Origin: Candidatus Micrarchaeota archaeon
Lineage (GTDB): Archaea > Micrarchaeota > Micrarchaeia > Anstonellales > Bilamarchaeaceae
Direction: 5' to 3'
Assembly: GCA_018812625.1 (NCBI GenBank)
Contig: JAHJDH010000012.1
Span: 1-63,147, forward strand
Length of the DNA: 63,147 bases
The notes beneath the pieces were generated by a model. The model worked only from the letters and a program-made list of their open reading frames with translations, was not told where the DNA came from and did no database searches. Numbering within the stretch: position 1 is the stretch's first letter; each line of letters opens with the position of its first letter. The position numbers and the translations under genes are program-made. Of the stretch, positions 11,801 to 19,392 are shown one piece after another.

Positions 11801-14498
11801 TTTGTATTTCTGCTTGATCAGCACCACCTGCTGCAAGTCTTATTCTTCTACTTTCTTCTTCCCACCTATTGATTCTTTCTTCAAGCATTGGACGTGCAGG
11901 TGCAAGCATAGGATCTTCAAGCTGCCTTCTCATGCTCTCAAGATCACGTTCAATTGTACTGGAATTTGCTGTGATCTCGCCTCGGCTTCCTTCAAGAGCT
12001 TCTCCTGATATTCCCCTTGTTCTTGCTGCTTCTCTGCTTGCAACTGGAGTTAGGAAAAATCTTCCAAGCGAATCAATTCCATCCATTCTGGCAAGTCCGC
12101 CTCTAGTCAAAGCTTCTCTTCCACTGGCATATGACAGAATGAATTGTACTGGAGTAAATGGAAATAGTAATTCTTTTGCTGATCTTGTTATTTGGTCTTG
12201 TCCTCGCAAAAGTCGTTGTTCAATACTTGCAACATTTCCGCCTAGCCATTCTAATTGCGCTCTGTTTTGAGTAACAAAATCTACTGCGGCTTGCCCATAC
12301 TGAGTAACTAATTCTGCTGTAGTTGGACTTGCCTGTCCATGAGCTGCATAAATTGCATGAAGTGCTCTTGCAAGACCTCCAATTGAATATCCAATTGCAG
12401 GTGCTCCTCCTTGAGTAGTCAGTGTATCAGCGTCACGAACAAAAACATCAGATGTTCTTGTTGTCATCTCATGTTCTATTTGCCCTACTGGTCGAACTGC
12501 CCAGTGTAATGTATCAAGATTTTGTGAAACATAATTCACAAATTCACTACCATATCTTGTAGCAAGCAATTCTCTTGTTTGCCTGAATAATGTAATCTGT
12601 GCGTATGCTGCAGATAATGTAGTTCCGCCGTCTTGTGGGAAAAGCGCCTTTAGCTGAACTGCAACTTCATCTGATTCTGCTCCTCTTCCAGGTGCTGATC
12701 TTCGATCAAGTTCGGCCTGTACCTGTTCTGGAGTTCCTGCAAGCCAGGATAGTTCAGCATAATGTTCAGTGATAATTGAGCCTGCCGGAACAGCACCTAT
12801 TGCAAGTCGCTCTGTTGCAAGCTGTCCATAAACATCTGCAAGTGCAGCGCCTCTGTCAAGTCTTTCTCCGGCTTCCACTCTAATTGTCATTGAAGAAATA
12901 CGTCTTGCATGTATGTCTTCTTCGCGTGCTCTATCTGTTAATACTCTGTTTAGATCAGTGGCAGTTCTTATCATCCAGGTTGGTCTTCTTGCTGAAACAA
13001 GTGCTATCAATTCAGGACTGTATGCTCCTCTGAGTCTATCCATATTTGGAGGGCTTCTGAGAAGTTCTATGTAAATATCCCTGATTGCAATTGATCTCAC
13101 ATTTCTTCTGAAATTCATTTCAATACTTGAGACTGTGCTGTTGCCCTGGATTTGCGCTCTATATAATCTTACAAATTCATTGAAGAAAGTATCATTTCTC
13201 TCAAGCGGTACTCTAGTGTATGTTCGAGATCCGATTTCACCTGCACCAGCAACAAAATTCCCACTATAAATTCTGATAAATTCATCTCTTGCAGTTGTAC
13301 TTCCAGTTGCAAGCACCTGCTCCATTAAAGTTGCACATCTTCTGGCTAGTCCAAGCGAAATAATGTCAACAAATCTGTCAACTGTTTCATTTCCATGTGC
13401 CTGCCTAAGCTCTTGAAGCCTTGAGACATTGCCTGTACTTGCAGCTTCATACATTTGCGAAACTGCAGTTGCAAATGCTTCTGGATCTACCTGGTTATTG
13501 TGGTGAGTATAATATGATCTGTAAACAAGGGAAATTGGTGATGGCTGTCTATGGCCTTCCTCTCCAACCTGGTCTCTTGTTATGCGCTCCAGAAATAATC
13601 TTTGGAATCCGGTCCAGAATTCTCCTGATGTACTGTGCGCTCCAAATATTCTTCTAAATTCATCTCGCTGTGCAGTATCTCCAGTGAGCATAAAGTTTCG
13701 AAGAGAATCAACACATCTTGTTGCTTGCTGGTTTGGCAATTCTCCAGATAAAAGATTAGTTAAATTTTCTCCATGTCGCTCTCTTATTTCAGCAAGTCCT
13801 GTTCCTTCGAGTACATGTCTTGCAGCATCTTCTGCAGTAGCATCTGTATGAGCTCTTCTATATGCTCTGAATCTTCCAATTTCACTTTCTGCTGGAGCCT
13901 CTGTTTCTCCTGCTCTCTCTACTCGCTGAACCACTGCATCTATAAGTGCCCATGTAGTTGCATTGGCAGCAAGCCGTGTTCTAATCTCACGAACTTTGGT
14001 AATAAAATCTTCCATAATAGAAGGTTCCATTCGAATTCCAATAACATGATCAAGATCAGCTTCATATGCTTCAAGAATTGGACGAACTTGAGCATCACTT
14101 CTCATTGTTGTCATTCTGCTATGAAGCTCATCCATAAATTCTCTGTTTTCAGTTACCGGCTGCTCCTGAAATTGACTTGTGATAAGAGCCCTGTATCTTG
14201 TATAATCAGCTTCATTTCCTGTTAAAATATAACTTTGATATGCGGTTGCAGCATCCCTAGCTCTTTGCTGAAGGCCTGCTACTTCTTCCTGTTCCGCGTG
14301 GGTAGCTCCCCTACGTCGAGTTGCCGGTTGTGCCATAACAGAATTTACCCCGAGATAATTTATATTATTACCGCCTAAGAAAACTGAGACTGCAACTACA
14401 GGTGCAAGCAAATATTTTCCAAAAATAGAAATTTTTCTGCGGCGCGGTAGCTCCCCATGATCCCCCTTTTGATCATGTTTTATTTTGGATCCAACCAT
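5874..14498 (-). CDS. Giant exported protein (2874 aa): signal peptide, alpha-helical repeats, Gly/aromatic beta-rich C-terminus ending in Trp
   Basis: Uninterrupted 8.6-kb ORF with AGGAGA SD. Basic n-region + LLAPVVAVSVFLGG h-region + VMA/Q cleavage-like site. Codon usage resembles the host's. Confidence 0.9.
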   Translation of the reverse strand: MVGSKIKHDQKGDHGELPRRRKISIFGKYLLAPVVAVSVFLGGNNINYLGVNSVMAQPATRRRGATHAEQEEVAGLQQRARDAATAYQSYILTGNEADYTRYRALITSQFQEQPVTENREFMDELHSRMTTMRSDAQVRPILEAYEADLDHVIGIRMEPSIMEDFITKVREIRTRLAANATTWALIDAVVQRVERAGETEAPAESEIGRFRAYRRAHTDATAEDAARHVLEGTGLAEIRERHGENLTNLLSGELPNQQATRCVDSLRNFMLTGDTAQRDEFRRIFGAHSTSGEFWTGFQRLFLERITRDQVGEEGHRQPSPISLVYRSYYTHHNNQVDPEAFATAVSQMYEAASTGNVSRLQELRQAHGNETVDRFVDIISLGLARRCATLMEQVLATGSTTARDEFIRIYSGNFVAGAGEIGSRTYTRVPLERNDTFFNEFVRLYRAQIQGNSTVSSIEMNFRRNVRSIAIRDIYIELLRSPPNMDRLRGAYSPELIALVSARRPTWMIRTATDLNRVLTDRAREEDIHARRISSMTIRVEAGERLDRGAALADVYGQLATERLAIGAVPAGSIITEHYAELSWLAGTPEQVQAELDRRSAPGRGAESDEVAVQLKALFPQDGGTTLSAAYAQITLFRQTRELLATRYGSEFVNYVSQNLDTLHWAVRPVGQIEHEMTTRTSDVFVRDADTLTTQGGAPAIGYSIGGLARALHAIYAAHGQASPTTAELVTQYGQAAVDFVTQNRAQLEWLGGNVASIEQRLLRGQDQITRSAKELLFPFTPVQFILSYASGREALTRGGLARMDGIDSLGRFFLTPVASREAARTRGISGEALEGSRGEITANSSTIERDLESMRRQLEDPMLAPARPMLEERINRWEEESRRIRLAAGGADQAEIQTLLQEQRALQESMISGTELRRSVELAFSMIHLAETGGDLSRTAGSIDGFSETIASSSDVGSLRSGMAWYSGVTNPDKQAVIGDIIFAVLGRADPELRAFISSMGDRGFSRDLGTAYNAISRGSGNVADVQRRHGTEFVRLINDHRPVLGFLENLTGISEQNLRMGQNVLFANITIRVYRAIARPDGTETRERMVELYGDRFVSAVERQREHLAPLAEARAGLEEVTALPESVRQSLYRAYPQAYTRVVTALHRAYRHQDEQLLYALGSVYGALNTPASEARTARIAGLRQIYGAAFVQMVERNRAQLRFLENLSTSDLEHLRQVDAAALEQLQRSFEAGDGVARGEFMQNFRHVADVLPGVYSRLKGVLVFATATSDDLGANLTLAINHYRDQFGSNDYLFRNFINLDLLNSQLQTLARRYSISLPPGTAESGLQTPEDLARFLGSESGRDLITAGRTFYGQLESTYLQGRRESGIAADAEDARGFTEGEATNLRNQLSIIDALYLGVGLGRIGSLGSEFGTSAARATMNSLLLISQRDPYLVGPFILQVLPAIISVAQDERTLVAGIEAFNTIFSRMYSTAGATLSYSTHRNREYFLEVFARIGQRLPGVTATYDHNRMEDELRRVPERQLMESPWNPQGYRYRPHFLQMEGMEPLPQLYGQAAQPWNLIPSPTMPRSLIEPPSRFGLDSGATEYFSRRYDMLHPTLGRHMIHGIPQRYRIGALGASTIIREITRLFGEMPIDYSSYWLRHDWEVGGYYGHEGTIPTATDSDTTSTDAVAVGGVGQGRTITGGVRGRGVVTHRRTAVESEDSGDSETAETDVDIEAQAAGLPVGVAGVIPVAFGQGVGLQRGNIRFNYEGANQTTEETGEVQSRERYTGLLETYSRIARDSGGDMLVIVGGEHAPELRAPVPEGAPAGTVGELLQDERSQLRTRLFYIDGSTGNAYDLAYGIDTHAQILNYLYGSTDTRNILAGLRFAGRNSAVAPALSGAERTRLIERHLGLNAEQQAQTGEAEIERLAREQGVWNEINGESALAGFDGAAVGFTIPTTRGDTSTTLALGQVVRDMGTMTPQHAEEAMGQAITHILSDGRARDIYAGFYRGAQILEMNPEDSTSIDGSHWAEGSGEFMWRRMAIAPRQASMEFRAVGGYPLTAGARWRYERQTGAHRSYGHGLTGGYTEVDLLREFRAVDQESEEVFATMRNVLVSMYGWGEDEARDTGWLVAGTYMYGRMEGWQGTAEDQPETPNEHYASLLMAYWARRHGILAGVQRVPGFSRLYDRIDQAMLDIQQNPTNEEQILQGLSTSLQNDFTSDIWRFALGYGYDGERLRIYTIATGQWTDDETAYANLYGMFIFGRPARAYIDLLGHGYTHSSIMIVEDADSTGGFQVQRSERANPYLDAYMGFGVLDWPSIELSRYERNVTLHRTSDHPAAARDAYIRLGSVAYSHDRMERIYGEGFADIVHAQRGNGLEWMIRPVAQVRTELARMIEEDEDPLAMLISSRRSSETAEAIVDIYRELRRVNPNRERIATAYGEELVQLIENNVHSLGWVLRTPEEVETEFVRRAGTSGSVEASLSEVNIRQPPARAELTGDEVRRIIEQNIRPCLAAALNSHGRQQAERYDVIYGSHLNAEMEGGSPERRNRYFIMVTRIGTGPNSRGSIMIGTQEDLDEWEESGNYIGHGVSRLDISTEGEDYEFTFSGDRRLRTLTAFRLMGGLTIPLTEAGHEQYSPGGNWTIGALAQLLQDHRQDLLAGVLYGQRTYGNEQWTNWQVGLSHRLTLLNTERVNEQLYSYVFFNQTTRQVVFASDDVFENADEMAQVCSRLSGGECSDLNELQRTTAGVGLTWARTNITTGESLSLHFFFEGGAERRRMLEDASTSPEPEGSLHPAAEYETYPVLRGGLGVTYERQDPGSSDPGTIISGHIMGYSGSWPTAPGSVTSPEQLSPWAGQEESVTGIMNAPMGWGIMGNFRVMW

Positions 14499-14573
14499 TT
14501 CCTGATTCTCCTATTCGGTTTGCACTTGTAGATTATAGTCGCCAATATTATTACAATCCTAATTACAGTTGCC

Positions 14574-14630
14574 TATACTGATTACAACACATCTAATATT
14601 TAACATCGCGTATCCCCCCAAGGGGATTCA
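14574..14630 (-). promoter_or_regulatory. Promoter of the 2874-aa gene: palindrome ATCCCC-N4-GGGGAT, TATA-like TTAAATA, GTATA initiator-like element
   Basis: Same architecture and spacing recur at 49814-49871 and 51210-51264. Confidence 0.55.
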
Positions 14631-14885
14631 CTAAACTTGTATGGATCGGACTGTAATTATTTTACGATAACTTATCTATACTAGTTGTGTTAAGAAAAAT
14701 TAAAAAAGGGTTGTTTCAGAAAGTGACTATCAAAGGTCAAAGTCTGCCTTTGCACAAAATCCAGTTTATTAAAATGCAAAAAAGCTCCACAGATGTTTTG
14801 TCTCCTTAACCTTATCTTTGTTTTCAGTATTCTGTAACTCAAGGATTAAATAATTCTCATGAGTAGCAATGCTTGAGGTTAAAAT

Positions 14886-15539
14886 ATGGCTGATGGAATA
14901 GTCGGAACAATCTCCTGCTGGGGATATGGGTATTCTGTGAAGATGCTTGTCAATGGTAAGGATATAGGCTTATCAGGTGGAAAGTCAGAGGGCAAACGGA
15001 TATTTGGCACTGACCACCCCATGTATGATGAGGCACCTCCTGAAATGCGGGAAAAGTTTTTTGTTCTGAAAAATGGTGCAAATGAGATATCGCTCGAGTT
15101 TAGCAAAACATCTGCCAATGAAAGAGATTATCTGCAAATCTCAATGGAACTGGAAGGTTTTCCTGCGCCGGTTTTTCTGCTACATAGCAGAACAAAAGCT
15201 TCATCTAAAATAAAAAGCTCCATTCAGATCCCTTCTGAAGGTGAGTTCATGCCAGTATTTGTTTCGGATGCAGGAGAGAACAAGCTCGTATTCATCCATG
15301 TGCAGAGTATGAATTGTAATGTCACTCCAATATTGAACGGCAAGGAGGGGATGAGCCTAAATGGCACGCCTGGTCAGGTTGTGCTTGAGAATGTGAAAAC
15401 TGGCAAAAACGAGCTGGTAATTCAATATCAGACTCAAGAGAGACTGAAAATCGCTCTGATAACTCCTGAATGGGTGAAATATCTGGAAACTGCTGATGGC
15501 TCTGAAAAAACAGAGACATTTACATTTAATTCTAAGTGA
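14886..15539 (+). CDS. Hypothetical all-beta protein with an internal duplication
   Basis: GAGGT SD. The halves VKMLVNGKDIG...LKNGANEISLEF and VTPILNGKEG...VKTGKNELVIQY resemble each other. Confidence 0.7.
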   Translation: MADGIVGTISCWGYGYSVKMLVNGKDIGLSGGKSEGKRIFGTDHPMYDEAPPEMREKFFVLKNGANEISLEFSKTSANERDYLQISMELEGFPAPVFLLHSRTKASSKIKSSIQIPSEGEFMPVFVSDAGENKLVFIHVQSMNCNVTPILNGKEGMSLNGTPGQVVLENVKTGKNELVIQYQTQERLKIALITPEWVKYLETADGSEKTETFTFNSK

Positions 15540-15544
15540 GAATC

Positions 15545-16597
15545 ATGAATGACCTGCTTGAAAAGCTGAAAAGCCCGGACATTGCACAGAGGAGGAAGGC
15601 TGCTAATAATCTTTCGGAATCCGGTATGGATATAGCTCAGGCATTGCCTGCAATAAAGGAGGCGTTCGGTAAAGAGAAGGACACCTGGATCAAAGGAATT
15701 TTGGCAGGGGCTCTTGCCGCGCATTATGTTCAAAAAGGCATGACAGATGAGGCAGTCAAGTTTCTTGATGATAAGAATGAACGGGTTAGATACTACACTG
15801 CAAAGGAATTGCGAAATGCCAGCATGGCCGGAGCTGACATAACAGCTGCTCTTGTGCCTCTTATGAAAGTGCTAATTGGCATGGATGTGGATGTTCGGCG
15901 TGTGGCTGGCCAGGCGATAGTTGCCTATTATGCCAAAAGAAAACAATGGAATGATATAAATGCAATTCTGGTTGCCAAGGGAGCGCGGGGCAAATATGAA
16001 ATTATCGTTGCCCTGCAGGATTTTGTCAGTGGGGTTATTGAGCTTCCAAGTCTCTTGAGCATGCTCAAAGATGGCGACTTTGACTCAAGGAAAGAGGCGG
16101 CTTCGGTTCTTAGAAAAGCATCAGAAACTGGTATTGATATTTCTTTTGCTGTTCCTGCGCTAAAATCAGTGCTCTCAGATAACTCAGCCGGAGAGGAGGC
16201 CCTCAATGCGCTGAAGATATATGATTTGAGAGCAAGCGGCAAATGCAGCAGATGCCTGGAGGGCCTTTTTGAAGGGGATGTTCTGGAGAAACTGGCTACT
16301 ATCATAAAAGGAATGTCCTGCTGTGGCGGGGATGTCTCGCACAATATTTTCCGCTGTCCTGACTGTGGCAAATACTATCTGACAACTTTCTTTGACCATT
16401 CTGATTTCGATCACGGGCAGTTTTATGTTTATGGGATAAGCGAAAAGGACGCTAAGATGGTAGTTGTTGAAATTGGGAAGTGCCCGGCAAATGGGAATCG
16501 GCATTGCGACTGTCAGGTTCACATGGTGTTTTTGAAGGATGAGAAAGTGCCTGTTGATGGTAAGCTGAAACACTCTGTCGAAAAGATATCTACATAG
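15545..16597 (+). CDS. HEAT-repeat protein with Cys-rich (putative Zn-binding) C-terminal domain
   Basis: HEAT-like units (RRKAANNL, VRYYTAKEL, VRRVAGQAI, SRKEAASVL) followed by CSRC, CC, CPDC, CPANGNRHCDC. Confidence 0.75.
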   Translation: MNDLLEKLKSPDIAQRRKAANNLSESGMDIAQALPAIKEAFGKEKDTWIKGILAGALAAHYVQKGMTDEAVKFLDDKNERVRYYTAKELRNASMAGADITAALVPLMKVLIGMDVDVRRVAGQAIVAYYAKRKQWNDINAILVAKGARGKYEIIVALQDFVSGVIELPSLLSMLKDGDFDSRKEAASVLRKASETGIDISFAVPALKSVLSDNSAGEEALNALKIYDLRASGKCSRCLEGLFEGDVLEKLATIIKGMSCCGGDVSHNIFRCPDCGKYYLTTFFDHSDFDHGQFYVYGISEKDAKMVVVEIGKCPANGNRHCDCQVHMVFLKDEKVPVDGKLKHSVEKIST

Positions 16598-16606
16598 GGG
16601 GATAGC

Positions 16607-16957
16607 ATGGATACTATATTTGATTACAGCCTTATTTTAGCAGGAATTTGCCTTGCCTTTTTCATTTTGATTTCCATAATAGGCTCGGTTCTTGAGAAAA
16701 AAATGGACAAGGCTAAGCATAAAAGGGCAGGAAAACTCATGATAAAAATTTATTTTGTCCTTTTCATTGTTTTTGGATTTTCTTTGGTTCCAATTATGGC
16801 AGGGATGATTTTTGGATTCATTAAAGATGTGCTCCAGGCCGATCTCTCGGAGTTTGAACTGCCTATAATCCTTTTATTTTGGGGACTTTACATTGTTGGC
16901 TTGGCTATAGCATACCCTGTGATGAAAAGAAGCAGCTTCTTCGAACCAGGAAAATAA
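16607..16957 (+). CDS. Small 3-TM membrane protein
   Basis: Three hydrophobic segments; GGGGGA SD. Confidence 0.75.
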   Translation: MDTIFDYSLILAGICLAFFILISIIGSVLEKKMDKAKHKRAGKLMIKIYFVLFIVFGFSLVPIMAGMIFGFIKDVLQADLSEFELPIILLFWGLYIVGLAIAYPVMKRSSFFEPGK

Positions 16958-16992
16958 TTATTGGATATTCAGAGAATCACTATACAAAGCAG

Positions 16993-19392
16993 TTACAGTC
17001 CTCTTAGTACTCTTCGCTGTTGTCCTCTTTCTGGTTGTACTGGCGCAGTTTGAGCTGGTGCTTGTTGCTCTTCAAGAGTTATTCCTTCAATTCCGCGTGC
17101 CCAATGTCCTGCTGGCCTTGTTCTATTTCTTTGTCTCCATGAATACACTGCAAGAGCTGTAAGTGCTTGCGCACTTTCACGTCCGTCTGCTGTTAGTGTA
17201 TCTGTTGTTCCTGGAAACACTTGTCTATTTAATATTCTCAAATCTTCTGCAAGTCTTTGATTTGTTTCTCCAGTAAGTCCTGCAACATGATTGACAAATG
17301 CTACCATTGCTTCAATCATTATTCTTCGATCTCCAGCAGGTGTAGTTTCGCTGAGTCTGACAGATGGTCTTGTTACTGGTTGATATCTTGTCTGTCCTGA
17401 TGCCCAAGCATGAAATGCTCGTCCTACTGGAGTACTTGTATCATGGAAAAGTTCATTGAATACTCTATCAAATGCTCGTGGAAGGTCATCTCTGTTAAGG
17501 TGTCTCAGTGCTCTTTCAAAGACTGGTGTAGTCGCACTTCCTGGAACAGTTGAGGCAACATCAGTAGGAAGCCTTAAGATAGATACAATCCCTTCTGGCC
17601 TTCCGGTTTGCACTGCCCTAAACAATTCGACCTGAAGGTTTTGCCAATGCCTGTGCGCATGTTCTTCAAGCGGGGTTCTTTGTGGTTGTGCCGGCTGTGC
17701 AGTTCTTGTTACTGCTCTTTGCCAGACTGCCTGCTGGATCATTCTTCCAATTTCATTTCTTCCTCTTAAATTTGGATGAAGATGATCTCCTCCGTCATAT
17801 TCAGGTCTTAGCGTTGCCGGGGTTCCGGTTCCAAGCGATGACAAGTCAACAAATATGATATCTGTTCTCTGGCGAAGCCATGCGTCAATTGCATCTGCTC
17901 TTCTTTGAGCACCTGCACTCCATGTGGGATATGTTGCATAAGGAGGACTCCCCCAAACAACTGGCAACACTCCTGCACTATGAGCCCTTGCAATCATTGT
18001 CTCTAAATTGGCTTGAACTGTTTCAAGTGATCTTCCGTCATTTACAATTACTGCTCCTGATATTACTACTATGTTCGGCCGTCCACGTCCGCCGATTCTA
18101 TGGCCATTATATCTTCTTAAAACTCCTGACATTGCCTCTCCTGAAACACCGTCAGATTCAACGCGTGCGCTTGGAGCATCTCTTCTAAGAAGTCTTTGCA
18201 GCTCCCTTCCAATTGCCCCTCCCTCAGTAAGTGAAGCTCCAACAATTAGTACATTTGGATTTGCAAGAGCAGCTGCGTATCTGCTCATATCCAAACCAGT
18301 TTGTGCTTCTGCAACTCTTGTTGTTTCTGCTGGTTGTGCCCCTGGAATCTCAAGAACTTCAGGAGCTTGCCATGTTGCAATTCTGCTTTGCGCTCTTCCT
18401 CTTCCGCGTGCCGGATGCTCCTGATACCATCTTCTCATATATAGTGATGAGCTTGTTACTGTATCTGCATCTATTGGACTGCTAAGGTATGCTCTTTGGA
18501 AAACCAATCTCACTTCTTCTCTATCTGCATCTTGCTCTGGAGTTCGAACTAAATCAACATGTGCAAGTCTTCCATGTTCTGTATCCTGATTGGTTAGGAG
18601 TTGGCTTATTTCTTGTCTGAATCTCGTGTTTCCACCATTTGGACGCGCTTCAAAATGCATCAAGTAATATCTAATATAGAAATTAGCAGCTCTAATTACA
18701 GGATCACTTGCATCTGCTGCAATAGTTCCACTGCTTGCAGTAATTGCACTTTGAAGTCTTGTGAAATCCGCATTAGTTCCAGCTTGTGATGAGAGATATA
18801 ATCTGAATCTTGGAATCTGCAATAATTCATTGAAAACAGAAACTGTTGTTGCTCTTTGATTAGGTGTTCCGGCGGCGCTTCCTGCTCTTTCTCCTGTAGT
18901 TAGGAACTGCTCAACATACCTGCTATTTGTGTGAAGTGCGCTTGCAGCACCTGTGGAAGCTCTGTCAGATCCCCTGGAATGTCTAAGCTGTGTTTCTATC
19001 CACTGTGCAGAAATTGTTGGTCTTGGAGCCTCTCGTGGAGGTGGAGTTGGTGGCCTTGCTGCTGGAGTTCTTTCTCGTGGAGGTCTGCTTCTTGGGGGAC
19101 GGGATCTTGGAGTGGTCCTTGGTGCTGTTCCCCCACCTGTTTCTTCTCTTGCGCCTGGATGTAATTGTCCATGAATTCCACTTGCAATTCCTCTGGCACC
19201 TAGCCGTTCAAATGCAGCTGCATCAGCCTCAGGAGCTCCTCCAATTCCTACATTAATTGCTCTTCTGACTTTTCCAGTCAATATTGCAATAGTATCATCT
19301 GCACTAACAGTAATTCCAGTAACTCTTCTCCATCCACTTGGTCCAACTACGACCAATGTGTTTCCCTGAAGTTCTACTCTTGCGCCTGCCAT
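16993..19392 (-). CDS. 799-aa protein with central SGNH/GDSL hydrolase domain and Pro/Arg-rich linker
   Basis: Block I VLIVGASLTEG, block III VIVNDG, block V DHLHPN. Start overlaps the upstream stop (TAATG). Confidence 0.82.
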   Translation of the reverse strand: MAGARVELQGNTLVVVGPSGWRRVTGITVSADDTIAILTGKVRRAINVGIGGAPEADAAAFERLGARGIASGIHGQLHPGAREETGGGTAPRTTPRSRPPRSRPPRERTPAARPPTPPPREAPRPTISAQWIETQLRHSRGSDRASTGAASALHTNSRYVEQFLTTGERAGSAAGTPNQRATTVSVFNELLQIPRFRLYLSSQAGTNADFTRLQSAITASSGTIAADASDPVIRAANFYIRYYLMHFEARPNGGNTRFRQEISQLLTNQDTEHGRLAHVDLVRTPEQDADREEVRLVFQRAYLSSPIDADTVTSSSLYMRRWYQEHPARGRGRAQSRIATWQAPEVLEIPGAQPAETTRVAEAQTGLDMSRYAAALANPNVLIVGASLTEGGAIGRELQRLLRRDAPSARVESDGVSGEAMSGVLRRYNGHRIGGRGRPNIVVISGAVIVNDGRSLETVQANLETMIARAHSAGVLPVVWGSPPYATYPTWSAGAQRRADAIDAWLRQRTDIIFVDLSSLGTGTPATLRPEYDGGDHLHPNLRGRNEIGRMIQQAVWQRAVTRTAQPAQPQRTPLEEHAHRHWQNLQVELFRAVQTGRPEGIVSILRLPTDVASTVPGSATTPVFERALRHLNRDDLPRAFDRVFNELFHDTSTPVGRAFHAWASGQTRYQPVTRPSVRLSETTPAGDRRIMIEAMVAFVNHVAGLTGETNQRLAEDLRILNRQVFPGTTDTLTADGRESAQALTALAVYSWRQRNRTRPAGHWARGIEGITLEEQQAPAQTAPVQPERGQQRRVLRGL

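Noticed and set aside
14700-14850. Short minus-strand frame ending ...LTFDSHF, faintly like a PIN-domain C-terminus
   Set aside because: No start or other catalytic residues; too short to support a pseudogene call.
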